Origin: Cladosporium halotolerans
Taxonomy: Eukaryota
Length of the DNA: 64,000 nt
Assembly: GCF_011745625.1 (NCBI RefSeq)
Contig: NW_027191463.1
Span: 496,001 to 560,000, forward strand
Direction: 5' to 3'
Below the pieces are notes generated by a model. The model did no database searches, was not told the DNA's origin, and worked only from the letters and a program-made list of their open reading frames with translations. Of the stretch, positions 10,818-22,194 are shown piece by piece. Numbering within the stretch: the first letter of the stretch is position 1; each line of letters starts with the position of its first letter. Both the position numbers and the translations under genes were made by a program.

Positions 10818-12392
10818 TCAAACCACCACCCCCTCCACGCCACCCCCCACATCCCCAACCCCCCTCTTCCTCTTCCCCCTCCCGACCCTCCTAGCCCCCT
10901 GCTCGCGGTTGAAATACTCCTCCCAGGCCCTCACGTCCCGCACGACCTCCAGCCCGTGGCCCGCGGCCAGGCAGTGCTGGCGCAGCTTCTCGCGCCGCGT
11001 GTCGACGTACCCGCAGCCCGCGCCCTCCGGGCACGGCACGCCGGTCGCGGGGTCGTGCACGCTCTTCGCGTGTTTCGTGCGGTTCGAGCTGTCGCTAAAC
11101 CCTTCGCCGCAGATGGCGCAGGCGAATTTCTTGTCGGCCGCGCCGTGCACGCCGCTGCGCATGTGCGATTTGAGCAAGTCGCGGTACGCGAAGGCTTTGC
11201 CGCAGACGGCGCAGGCGAAGGGCTTCTCGCCCGTGTGCTTCTTGCGGTGCACGTCGCGCTGCTGCTGCGTGACGAAGGAGAGGTTGCAGCCCGGGTGCGG
11301 GCAGGCGTGCGGCTTCCACTCCGTGTGCGAGTGCAGGTGGCGGGAGAGTTTGGGCTTGGTGTTGAAGGTGCCGCTGTCGCACTGGGACCAGAGGCAGGGG
11401 TGCGAGGAGCCGGTGCCGAGGAAGTGGGTGCTTTGCACGTGGGCGTGGAGGGCTTGGGCGGTGGGGAAGGTGGCGCCGCAGGGGTTGTGGGGGTTGGTTT
11501 GCCAGTGGCAGAGGTAGGTGCCGTCGGGTTGCTGGGCGGGGGCGCCTTGGAGGCGGCGGTGGCCGCCGCGGGGGGTTGGTTCGTGGAGGGAGGAGACGGT
11601 GCTGGCGCGGGTGCTGCGGGTTGTTGGGGTTGGAGGGGTGCTTGACTGGTGGGGGATGTGGGGTTGGAGGGCGGCGCTGAGGAGGGGTTCGAGAGAGCTG
11701 GTTTCTGAGGGGCAGTCTGGTTTGTGAGGGATGTGCGTGTGGTTGTGGCCTTGCCATGGCATGTAGCCGGATGGGAAAGAGTCCAGATGCACGCCGTGGT
11801 GATGTGAGGGGTGAGGGCAGACGTCTGACATGCAACATGTGGTGCATCCATCGGGTGGGTGGTGTTGATGCTGATGTTTGTGATGATGCTGGTGCAAGTG
11901 CTGTAAAGGCGGCGGTGGTGGCGGCTGCTCTACACACGGAAGGTCGCAGCAAGCGCTGACGTCCTCACAATGCGGGTCGTCGCAGCATTCCGCCTCTGCG
12001 GGTTCGCTACAACTCGGGTCCTCACATGGACTGTGTGCTTGTGACGGCAGCGAACACGGGTCGTGCGGCAAGGTGCAGTCGACATAGGAAGGTTCGAAAG
12101 CATCCGGCGAACAGCAAGAGATGGGCTGCTTGTGCATAGCCGGAAACATGTCCGGGTCGCAGTGAGGGTCGCAGAAAGACATGTCCGGACAGGGCAGGTC
12201 GCAGCAGAAGAGGTCCTCGTAGTTGAAGTGCGTGTGCGTGTGGTCGACGGCGCACGTGGCGGCGTGGGCAGCCTCCTCTGGCGTCTGAGATGTCGGTATT
12301 GAAGGGTCCGAGGGGTGGAAGTTCTGGCGGCGGACAGGTTGGAGGGGGGCCATTATGGGCTGGCCGTAGCCAGGGAAGCCATTGGATTGCAT
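10818..12392 (-). CDS. C2H2 zinc-finger transcription factor with six fingers and a Cys/His-rich N-terminus (Zap1/ZafA-like)
   Basis: Tandem CW-type fingers (CHW..C, CLW..C), HTGEKPFAC linker and FSDSSNRTKH. The first in-frame ATG is at 12392; the track start at 12440 is GTG. Confidence 0.88.
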   Translation of the reverse strand: MQSNGFPGYGQPIMAPLQPVRRQNFHPSDPSIPTSQTPEEAAHAATCAVDHTHTHFNYEDLFCCDLPCPDMSFCDPHCDPDMFPAMHKQPISCCSPDAFEPSYVDCTLPHDPCSLPSQAHSPCEDPSCSEPAEAECCDDPHCEDVSACCDLPCVEQPPPPPPLQHLHQHHHKHQHQHHPPDGCTTCCMSDVCPHPSHHHGVHLDSFPSGYMPWQGHNHTHIPHKPDCPSETSSLEPLLSAALQPHIPHQSSTPPTPTTRSTRASTVSSLHEPTPRGGHRRLQGAPAQQPDGTYLCHWQTNPHNPCGATFPTAQALHAHVQSTHFLGTGSSHPCLWSQCDSGTFNTKPKLSRHLHSHTEWKPHACPHPGCNLSFVTQQQRDVHRKKHTGEKPFACAVCGKAFAYRDLLKSHMRSGVHGAADKKFACAICGEGFSDSSNRTKHAKSVHDPATGVPCPEGAGCGYVDTRREKLRQHCLAAGHGLEVVRDVRAWEEYFNREQGARRVGRGKRKRGVGDVGGGVEGVVV

Positions 12393-13605
12393 GGTCCTTG
12401 CGGAGGTCAGGGTCGTCGGGTGTCCGGCCGCTTGTGGCACAAGGCGGTGGTATGAAGATCACCCTGCCGAAAAATGTCGCGAAAAGCGTGGCCGAAGGTG
12501 GTTCCGTCGGTGCTGCTGAAATGCTTGCTGGGCTATGTGACGCGGCCGGTATCTTGGCTATGGGCAATCAGGTGTGTTGAGTGAGCAGATGCGATCAGCC
12601 GAAAGGTTCATTGCATGGGCAGAGGGTGGCCTGGTCGTGCCCAGTCGTTTCAGGCTGGAGGAAGTGGAAGCTGTGGACGGCGACCATCAAGGTGGTGATG
12701 ACCCGGTGTGGTTTTGCCGACCTTTTCGACCGCCGTACACCCTAGCGGGGTTCGCGCGAAGGCAATTTGCGGAGGTGAATAATCCGTGGAGTCTCAGTGG
12801 CCGCACTGAATATTCATGAATGCAAGTCCTCACTACCGCAATGCATGAATATATTCCACAGGGTCGGCAGTGTTCACTTCTCACTCATCAACCCTGTGTG
12901 AAGATCCAACGAGCCCACGTCGAACCGTGGCACGCGGTCAGCACGTGCAAGAGCTGGGCGCGACCTCAGCTGGAAGCGAGGCTCGGCGGGCGTCACGGCA
13001 CTGGGGAAACGAGACGACTTTTAGGTCAGCCAGCACGCGCGGGGTGGATGGGTGAGGGCTGAGAGGGAGCTTTCAGACCTCACATGATATTTATTGGCGT
13101 GAACACACATTTTTATACGCGTAGCCATGCGACGTTGTGAGCGCCTAGTCCGGCGCAGTGCGAGGCTAGATTGCGCCAGTCATGAGTTTTAGAGAGAGAC
13201 AGGTCTGCTTTCCTCATCATCAGATCTCACAGCGCAAAGACCTGAAATATCTCATGATGCACTGTGAGACGGAAACTCTTGATACTCGAGCTCAATATAA
13301 GAAAAAAAGGGGGGTATCCCGCGACCTCTTGGGGGGTGTCTCTCTCTCAAACCCCGTCGTTGCAGATGGAACAATGGACATATCCAACACACAGCACGGC
13401 CCGAGGCCCATGCTTGCAGCAAATCAAACACGCTCTTGAAAGCGAACAATAAACAGAGTGTCGTTAAATATAGTTCAAGTCGTAGCCCGCCCCTTTCCCT
13501 TTCAAGACAAGAAAGAAGCGTTCCTTCGCACACACGTGCCGCATGCCGTTTCGCGCCAAAACGCGGGAGATTCAAAAAGCCAGCGTTCGTTCAGCGTGCC
13601 AGGTC

Positions 13606-14826
13606 TCACGACCTTTGCCGCCCGTCGAACTCCTCGAAGCGCTGGAACGGCCGCTCGGAATCCAGCAGCATGCTGACGGGCGGCCAGTGGCGGTGCGCCT
13701 CTTCGGACGCGTGCTGCGGGTTCGGGCTGGGCGGCTCCGCGGACTCCATGTCGGAGTCTTGCGTGGTGGATTTGAGCTCGCGGACGGACGAGGCGTTGCC
13801 GAGCGTCGTGCTGATGTTCGTGGGCTGCTGCGAGTGGCGGTTGCGGCGGTAGAGGGTGCGGACGCTGGGAATGCAGGCGGCGAGGATGGCGACGGTTGGC
13901 TCGATGGTGGTCCAGACGGCGACGTCGACGATGTTGTCTGTGGGAAGGAGTCTGGTTAGAGATGTTGAGATGGTTGGGATTGCGGGATGCGTGACTTACA
14001 GGTGAAATCGAGGGCTTTGTTGCCCGCGGAGACTTCGAGGAGCGCGACGAGACGGATGATGTCGAAGACGAGTGTGATGATGCCGAGGGCGAACATGGTC
14101 ATTGCGCCAGTCTTGAGTCGCTTGTTGAGCTGAAGCTTCATGACTTCTCGGATGGGAACGACGATGATCAGGAGATCGGTGACGATGTTCGGGATTTGCA
14201 GGCCATAGTAAAATGGAATGATGGGGATGCAAGTTCCCTCTACCTGTGGGTGCCAGTTCTTCTCCATCGGGATGCAGAGGAAGAAGGCGGTGAGGATGAT
14301 GCCTGCGCCCCACAGGACAACGAGGGTGATGAGGACGTTGATCTGCCAGTGGAAGCTTCTGGAGTGGTGGGAGAATAGTCGGCGATATTGCATCAAGATT
14401 GAGAGTTTGACGAATGTGATGCATGCTGGGTAGAGGAAGGATCCGGAGTATTGAACCTGGTGGTATGGTCAGCTCATTGATCGTTGTCGCTTCGATAATA
14501 GACAGGTCAGCAACGTACCCTTGCGAAAGTAACCAGTGTCGCGGCGTCGAGAGTGTTGATGTGTTTTCCAAGACCATTTTGTAAGACTGGGTGGAAGTCA
14601 GTTCGGTGTCCATCGATTACAGGCTCTACAGATACTCACGTAAGATGCCTCCAATGTCAATGCCGAGCTTGCAGATCAAGCCCATGTAGATGAACCAGTC
14701 CTCCCAGTACGTTTTCATGCCCTGGTATCGTCGCGCGATGTAGCGCAGTATGACGGCGCCAAAAGCCAGGAAGAGACCGACGACAGTCCCCGCGACGACC
14801 TTGTAGCTGACGTCGTCTTGCGCCAT
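13606..14826 (-). CDS. PTH11-like (fungal rhodopsin-domain) integral membrane protein / putative GPCR, multi-exon, no CFEM domain
   Basis: LRYIARR..EDW, FVKLSILMQYRRLF, CIPMEKNW, NIVTDLLIIVVPI, DIIRL and WTTIEPTVAILAACIPSVR. Stop TGA at 13608-13606. Confidence 0.9.
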
Positions 14827-17146
14827 TTTGTCGAGTCGCAAGAAATCAAGAGGGTATCGCGCAGAGAAACGTTCACCAGCGCATCCAGTTCCAATTGGAG
14901 CGAGGGCCGGGTGCAGGAATGAAGAGTCCAAGAGGTTCAGCGGTTGGCGCGAGAGAGGCTACGGCACAGCACGAGATTGAGGCAGGGCAGGGTTCTTCAA
15001 CGCCGAAAGGGCGCGTGGCGTTGTTCCAGGGACGTGCCAGGATCTGCTGGGACGTGCTGAAGGCGGAGGGAAGACGGGATTCACAGGCGACGAATGTGAG
15101 ACACGTCGAAGACAAAGCGGAGCGCAGCAGGCTATATGTGTGTCGGGAAGGGCCTCGCTCCAGATATGTCGGCGGCGCGGGTTCCGTGTGCGGTATGGAT
15201 CTGGCTTTTGCCTGCTTCCCACTATTTTGGGCCGGGAAGGATGCAGGGCGCCGGCGGCTGGGGACGCGCTGCGCGAGGACGAAAACGTCTGTTGCAGCGA
15301 TGTCACCACCCAGCAGACGAGGCGAGGAAGAAGAGCGTGCCCAGCGCGAGGCGTATGCAAGGCAGGGCGTGCGGCGGCGGCGGCGGCGGTGGTGGTGGGA
15401 ACGGGCCGGCGTCCGTTGGCGAGTGAGCGGGGAGGCTAAGGGTCTAACGGCGCAAACGATGTGCCAATGGCAGGCAGGGAATGGTGAGGGGAAGGAGGGC
15501 CGGGCAGCTTAGAAGTGGGCGCATATTGCAGGTACTGATTACTGCGCAACATCCAAGACGCAGGCGCGCCGGGGCGCAGGCGCCGCACGAGATCTTGCGC
15601 GGGCGGACCGCAGCTGGCAGACGCCCTTGCATTGGAGAGTTCCGGCTCTGTCATGGACGGGAGTATCAGCTGGCGCGCGAAGTGGATGACGGGCCTGCAG
15701 CTAGAACTGCTTGCGGAGGTTTTGAGGCCCCGAAGGCTATCGCTGTACGCCGGTAGCACGACTTGGCGGGTGTCGGCTGGCGGCGCAGAGACGAGGGCGC
15801 GCAGGCGCGCAGGTGGGCAGGACGGCAGGGGTGTGCGCACGCGGTGGGCGCGACGAGCGCTCAACGGCACGTCTCGCGAGCAGCACATGGCGAGATCAAG
15901 ATCGGGCCCGGCGATGGGGAGTTCGCGACGCGGGCTGCGTGTGCGTTGACGTGCAGCCGGGGGCAGACGCAGGCCTTGGAGCAGTGGGTGCAATGATGGT
16001 GGATGCAGCTGGTTGTGCGAAGCTTTCGGGCCTGAGACGGGAGGTAGCGTAGCCGCCTTTAGAGCGCGCGCGCAGGCGAGCAGGCGGGCGGCGCATTGGC
16101 TGCGGCTGCGACGATCTCCCCTGCTTCCGCCCTCGCAGCCCGCAGCCGTCTCTCGGAGGAGCATATGGCTGAGCTCGGAGCGCGGCCCTGCGCTCTAAAC
16201 GCCCTCCGTCGCGGCTAGCGCGCCTTTTCGGACGTGTGGAGCGAGTGTAATCAGGCTTGCGCAGTGCGCTGGAGGCTCGACGTTGGCTCGAGGTTGGCAG
16301 TTGGCAGCTGGGCGGGCCATGCGGCCGCTGGTGGAATTCCACATCGGCCGCACGACTCACCAGTCGCCTACGCGCCTGGTGCTCGCATGTGCTCGCAACA
16401 TCTCCGACCCGCGCCCGAGCTTCCCTCGATCCTCGAGCCCGGCATGTGCGCCCATCTCGGCTTGCCGTGCATCGGCGCGCCTGATCTCTGCCCGCCGATT
16501 CCATCTGTTCACAGTGTGTCGCCAGATCTGGGAGCGGGCTGGCTGCAGAGGCAGGCATGGCAGGGAGCACCGTCTGACGTGACAGCCTGCAGGACATGGG
16601 GTCGGATTAGGGCTCGCCAGCTAGCTCTCGTCGCGCATCTGTCTGATACCATCATCTCGCCCGCCTGCGAACTAACCAAACCATCAACCACCTTTTGGCA
16701 CTCGCCGCGCGCAACCGTCGCCCAGCAGTGCGCTAACTACCGCACGCCGCCCCACCGCCCGTGTCATGCGAGCATCATCCTGTTTCTTGCCAGTCACACC
16801 CTTCATCTCCAGCCTGCCAGTGCTCGGCCTCGGCTTGCCGCATGAAATCATCGGACCATGTAAATGGTGAGATGAGATCTAGCCCTCGCCGCCAAGTCAT
16901 CCGGCCGATCTGATTCCACTCAACAAACCACGGCCTCGGGTCGCTCGCAGCTTCGCATGCGCTTCGCCTCTTGAATCTCCGCGTTCCTCGCATCGCACCG
17001 ATCCACCCCTAAACCCAAGCGACTCCTAAGCGACCTCCGTTGCCCTGGTCGTCGGGCCCTCCACCAACGCAAATCTGCCCAGCTGCGAGATATAGGCACC
17101 ACGATGCTTTCGGGGCTGCGCAGGCTGGACCCTTCCTGTCCCAGCG

Positions 17147-17180
17147 CGGCGCATATGCATATGCGTATGCATATGCGCCG
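17147..17180. repeat. Perfect 15-bp inverted repeat built on (GCATAT)n
   Basis: CGGCGCATATGCATA-TGCG-TATGCATATGCGCCG. Confidence 0.85.
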
Positions 17181-19067
17181 ACATCTCTGCTTCTGCCGCT
17201 TGCTGCTTGCTGCGTCGGCCGCGCTGGAGCCTGCAGGGTGCAAACTGCACGATTACGATCGCGATCACGCCCGGGCGGTCGGAACCGTGATCCCTGGCCT
17301 GTCAGATTTCGCCGTCGCGACTCTCGCCCGCACGACCCTGTCAAACCCATCAAATTTGCCTCCCCGCGCCCTGAATCTTAATCAATTTACATGCACTCCC
17401 GACCTAAGGTTTACTATCCAATTCGTCCGCACCTCCTTATCCCTTGCCACTGCTTCCCCTACCTCCCATGCTTTCTGGCATCTTCCGTTTGTCTACGTCT
17501 GCCCAGCGCTGGGCTTTGTGATGCAGCGGTGCGAGGATGTCTAGATGCTGTCCCTGTGGCGAGTAGGGAGTGAGGTCGCGCGTGATTGTTCGAATCGATC
17601 AGAGTCGAGGCATGGCCAAGATTTGGCTGTTAGGTGCTGGAGAGCGATAGGCACTTTCCATCTTTACGGTTTGAAACCACAAAGCGAACTACCTACATCG
17701 CTCCCTTTTACGGAACACGTGACCAAGCACCTTCGATCGATCTGATCACGCTCCATCGCACACGATGATAGAGGGCTCTGAAGAAGCCGCCTCTCTGCCC
17801 TACTCACAACGCGACAATCATATGTCACAGCATCAATTCCCAACTACAAATCCACCTCCGCACGTCCAACTGCCGAAAATCACCTCCCAACAGCCCTAAT
17901 ACACGCCCATGTAGACACACCACCCACCCACCCAGCATGTCATCTCACTCCGCTCCGCCCTCCACTATTCTCTCCTACCTAGTACGTACCCATCAAGCCG
18001 CGCACCAAATCCCACCACCACCGCCCACCGCCCCGTCCGCGGTCGAATGCCCGCCTCCACGCCCGCTCCCCGACCCGTCCGTCAATGACAGCGCAACGCG
18101 CGACCCACGACCCCAGCGCCCGGCTCGGCCGTCGCCCGACGCAACACATGCGCTTTCGCAGCCTGCGGCACGGCGCTCCGAGCCCGCGATCGATGTTTTC
18201 TTCTTTCTTGCCTGGCGATCGGCGGCGCTGATGCTGGTGGGCCGGCCGTTGTTTGATCTCGGGCGGCCGGGACGATTGCTTGCTTGTTTGGGGATGTGCA
18301 GGGTTGGTGTTTTGGGGCTGGGGTGGGTTGGTTGGTGCGGCGGATATGAGGATGTCGCACGAGTGATGATGGTGATGCGGTGGTGGTGCGTGGTCGGGGT
18401 TTCGGGTCGTGGTTGGAGGGCGAGGGAGAGGGAGGGTTTTGGGGGAGGGAGACGGACCCTATGTAATAACTCTAGGATCTCTGGGTGGGGTTAGACAGGT
18501 GAGGGTGAGTGACTCTCGTACAGTAGATAGGTGTGTGGAAGGTCGCGTTGCTTGGTTTTGCGACCGTGAGAAATTCGGTTGGAGCATGCGGCGATATCAA
18601 TTTTTCATGTGCTTGAATTGTTGCGTAGACCGAAACGATTGGGGATGACGTGAAGCGAGTCTATCTAGGTACACATTTCTTTCAATTTGCCATGGAGAAT
18701 TTCACCACGCTCCGTTACACTGCGAATCCACAGATTAAACATGATAGACGTGGGAAATTCACTCGAGTCCTTTTCTTGGACCACATAAAACTAAGCCTAC
18801 GTGCACACTGCTGGCTCTGCCGAAGCCGTCGAGCGACACTTGAATGATATCTCTCGGACCCTGATAGCCCCAACCCTAACCCTGACTCAAACTATCACTT
18901 CACTCGACCTCACGAAAAGACCACCCACCATCTCCAACCAAAACAACACACACCGAGAAAGAAAACAGGAAAAACCCCCGAAAGACACAAACCCAGCAAA
19001 AACCCAAACGATGGCCCACCCAAACCCCTCACAATAAAGCCCCCCACCCCATCCCGCCCAACCAGGA

Positions 19068-19565
19068 ATGCCCACCCCTCCCCCTCCTCCCACCCCCTCC
19101 CAACGCCGCCTCTGGAACCGCGGCCCCCTCCTCGACCTCTTCCCGCGCCTCCCCCCCGCCTCTCTAAACCACATCCTCGACCTCGCCCTCGCGAAAAACT
19201 GCATCTACGACCTCTCCGCCCCGAAGCGCGCCAACGCCATCCGCCTGACTTGCTTGGCCATCGCGCACGCCCGCCACGCGCACTCGGAGTACGACGCGCT
19301 GCTACGCGCGGGGGTGGAGAGGTTTGAGGCGAGGGAGAGGACGGGGGAGGCTGTGTGGAGGGTGCTGAGGGAGTGGTGTCCGTGGGATGAGAGTAATGTG
19401 TGGCTCGAGGGGTGTTGGGCTGCGACGGTTGTGAGGCCGGAGGAGAGGGGGTTGGGGTGGGAGGGGGAGTGGGAGATGATGGATTTGGATGTTGAGGAGG
19501 GGTGGGAGGGAGGTGGTGGTGGGGAGGATGATGGTGGTGGAGGCGAGCCGATGGATTTGGATTGA
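19068..19565 (+). CDS. DUF2293-like domain protein
   Basis: AIAHARHAHSEYDALLRAGVERFEARERTGEAVWRVLREW fits the AHxRHxHT/SxYDxLL..G..R..AR pattern of DUF2293; the tail is acidic. Confidence 0.75.
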   Translation: MPTPPPPPTPSQRRLWNRGPLLDLFPRLPPASLNHILDLALAKNCIYDLSAPKRANAIRLTCLAIAHARHAHSEYDALLRAGVERFEARERTGEAVWRVLREWCPWDESNVWLEGCWAATVVRPEERGLGWEGEWEMMDLDVEEGWEGGGGGEDDGGGGEPMDLD

Positions 19566-19575
19566 GGTGTGGACC

Positions 19576-19615
19576 GGGGAGGGGGGGGGGGGGTTGTTCT
19601 TTTTTTTTTTTTTTT
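19576..19615 (+). repeat. Poly-G run followed by poly-T run
   Basis: About 14 G, then TTGTTC, then about 16 T, immediately downstream of the DUF2293 stop. Confidence 0.85.
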
Positions 19616-20035
19616 GGCTGAGGAATAGGGGGATGGGTTTTGCCTGCATTTGCATCTGGAATGTCGTATAGCGATATGCTCGCTCTAAAATTATGAGGAC
19701 TGATACCAGTAAGGGAATGGGTGCGTCGAGAGATGAAACATGGCTTGCCACTTGACACCATAGCATGACACGGCATACACGGGCATAATCGAACCGGTAG
19801 TAATACATTTTCTTCCCATGCGTATCCTACAAAGATTACAAGTCCTGTCATGCTTCCCTGGCATAAACACATGTGCTATGCTGTACATTCAGATCACATC
19901 GCCCAAGCCGTGAATACCTCGACGCAGCTATACTGGCGCCAGTATCCATCGCCGCGTCATTCAACAAGCGGAGAGTAAACCACCTCCTCCATGATCCTGG
20001 ACAATCTAGCCCGTCTCCCTTCACTCCTCCTCGAC

Positions 20036-21489
20036 CTACGAGAACTTTGTGATAGGGCGCTCCTTGCCAGCTCCAATCCGGCTAGCCCGCGCCTCTTCCT
20101 CCGCGCTCATCTCAAATCGGCTCATTCTGCTCGCCAGCCTCTCGTCCACAACGCACGGCTCGATCCAAACGCTCTCCTCGTGAGGCTCACGCTCGCGGTA
20201 CGTCGTCTTCCACCAGTCACGCTCTTCGTGCTGCGAGACAGTCGCGACTTCGGAGGCAGAGCCCTGAACAGACGCGCTCGCGTCGTCGGAGGACGAAACG
20301 GTCGTGTAGGGCCTGTGCGATGCGAGGACGGCGGACGCAACTTGTCGGCCGATGTCGTCGGCTAGCACGCGGCGGTTGAGGAAGCGGTAGATGCGGATGG
20401 GCGTGTTGCGGAATCCGAGGAGGTGGGGGAAGAAGACCGGGGTCGAGGGGCCGATGGTTGAGGGTGCGAGGGCAGAGAGGGTCGCGGAGGGGTAGTCTTC
20501 GGGTTTGATGAAAGCGGGCGGATGACGCGGCTTGGGCTTCTCGGGCTCTTTCTTCTCCTCTTCTGTGTCTTTCTTGCTCTCATCCTCGGCGAGCTTGTCG
20601 TCTTGTGGCTGAGCCTCGTCGGGTGTCAGTTCGCTTGCGGGTGTTGTGGAAGCGCTGGCGAGGTTTGTCGCAGCGTTGGCGGCGGCATCGCCTACTGAGG
20701 CCTGACCGGGCACATGCGTGGCCTCCATCTTCTCGGCTCCCGCCTCGGTATCCATCTCAGGCTCCTTGGGCGCATCCGCAGAGCCCAGCCAGCCCTCGTG
20801 CAGACCCCGAACATACTCCTTCCATGTGTGCCTGCCAATGACAATATCACCCGCGACGCCCGTCACATCGTCCTGACCAAACTTTTGCTTCATAACCTCC
20901 ACGGCTAAATCCGCCTCTTCTAGAGGCTCGCCCTCTCCACCCGCCCTCCTTCTCCTCCTAACCCTATCCGCTGTCTTGAACCTCACATCGCCCTCTTTTC
21001 GCCCCTCAATAACATCCCAGTCCATCGACGCAGCAACAAGAACGGGCTTAACGTACTCATGGAAATGCTCGCGGGCCGCGCGCAGGCCGTCGCCAGGCGG
21101 CGCGGCGAGGTAGATTGTGAGCCGGCGGGGCAGAGAGTGCGCATCGAGCGTTTCCTCCGATTTGTGCGCGACCAGGTCGCACCACTTTTGCCGGTTCTTC
21201 TTCGTCTGCCATTTATCGTAGTACACCGCGCCGAAGAACGAGCCGGTCACGCCGAGGAAGATCATCCAGTTCCGGGAGGGGAGGCGGAAGCGAGGCAAAC
21301 CTGGACAAGAGGTTAATTCCGAGCCCGCAGAGACGCATTGTTTCGGATTGCGGTAAACATACCCATTGCTTTGAAGGCCGGATTCTGCTCGGGGACGGCC
21401 TTGGGTGCCGCAGGGGCTTTGGGCGCCGCATTTTCGGCTGCTGCGCCAGCTGCGCTCTCAGCAGGCGGCGCTGTGGGCTTGTCGGACAT
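20036..21489 (-). CDS. TIM54: Mitochondrial inner-membrane translocase subunit Tim54; 2 exons (21489-21363, 21300-20036)
   Basis: NPAFKAMG/LPRFRLPSRNWMIF, APPGDGLR, YVKPVL, IGRHTWKEYVRGLHEGWLG and HLLGFRNTPIRIYRFL. Confidence 0.95.
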
Positions 21490-22194
21490 GATGTGCTAGG
21501 GACAAGGTGGATGTGATCGCGAGCGCAATGCCATCCCCAAAAAGTTTACCCTGGGCGCTGGCGCTGGCGAGGTCGCACGCGAGCGGAAGCCTTCCGATTC
21601 CCGCGGCGGAGACCCCCAAACGTGCCACGACCTGACCCACTCGTGTCCTACTGCTCCCACTGCTATATAGGTTGGACTGGAGTTGAACCTTCCAATGATT
21701 ACATTATCATCTGCTAGCCATATCATGCAGTGCCGTTCGAAAAGTCACTTTAGCCGAAATATGTCCCCGGGTTTCTAATCCCCAAACGGGTTCATCAGTG
21801 AGGCGGAGCCGTGGCACAGCAGCACGCGGCTGTCCCTCTTTACAGCCTGATCTAAAGGTGTGATGCTCTGGGAGTTTCACTGACCAACCACCCTCTTCTA
21901 TGATGTCTATTACCGTGGAGTGCTCTCGGATCGTTCACATTAAGGCCAGACGACTCTTGCTCGGAGCGAGCGATTTATCGTCTACTGCTGGTAACCTTTC
22001 GTCGGTCCAAGGACAAAGGTCACCACCTCTGTAGCTACTGCCTATTGGTACATGCACGAGGCTCTCGCCTAGCTTCGCCACAATGTGTAGGTGTTATCGA
22101 GCTGCTCAGGCTGAGGCCGCGCCGACGACAACCATAACCTCGTACTTTTGCGCGAAATCGAAGTCTAGAACACTCACGTTGAAAGCCATCGAAA

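Noticed and set aside
18872..18883. AACCCTAACCCT telomere-like sequence or possible telomerase RNA template
   Set aside because: Only two repeat units inside a C/A-rich leader. It does not match the TAACCCTAA template form, and no pseudoknot or CR4/5 elements were seen.
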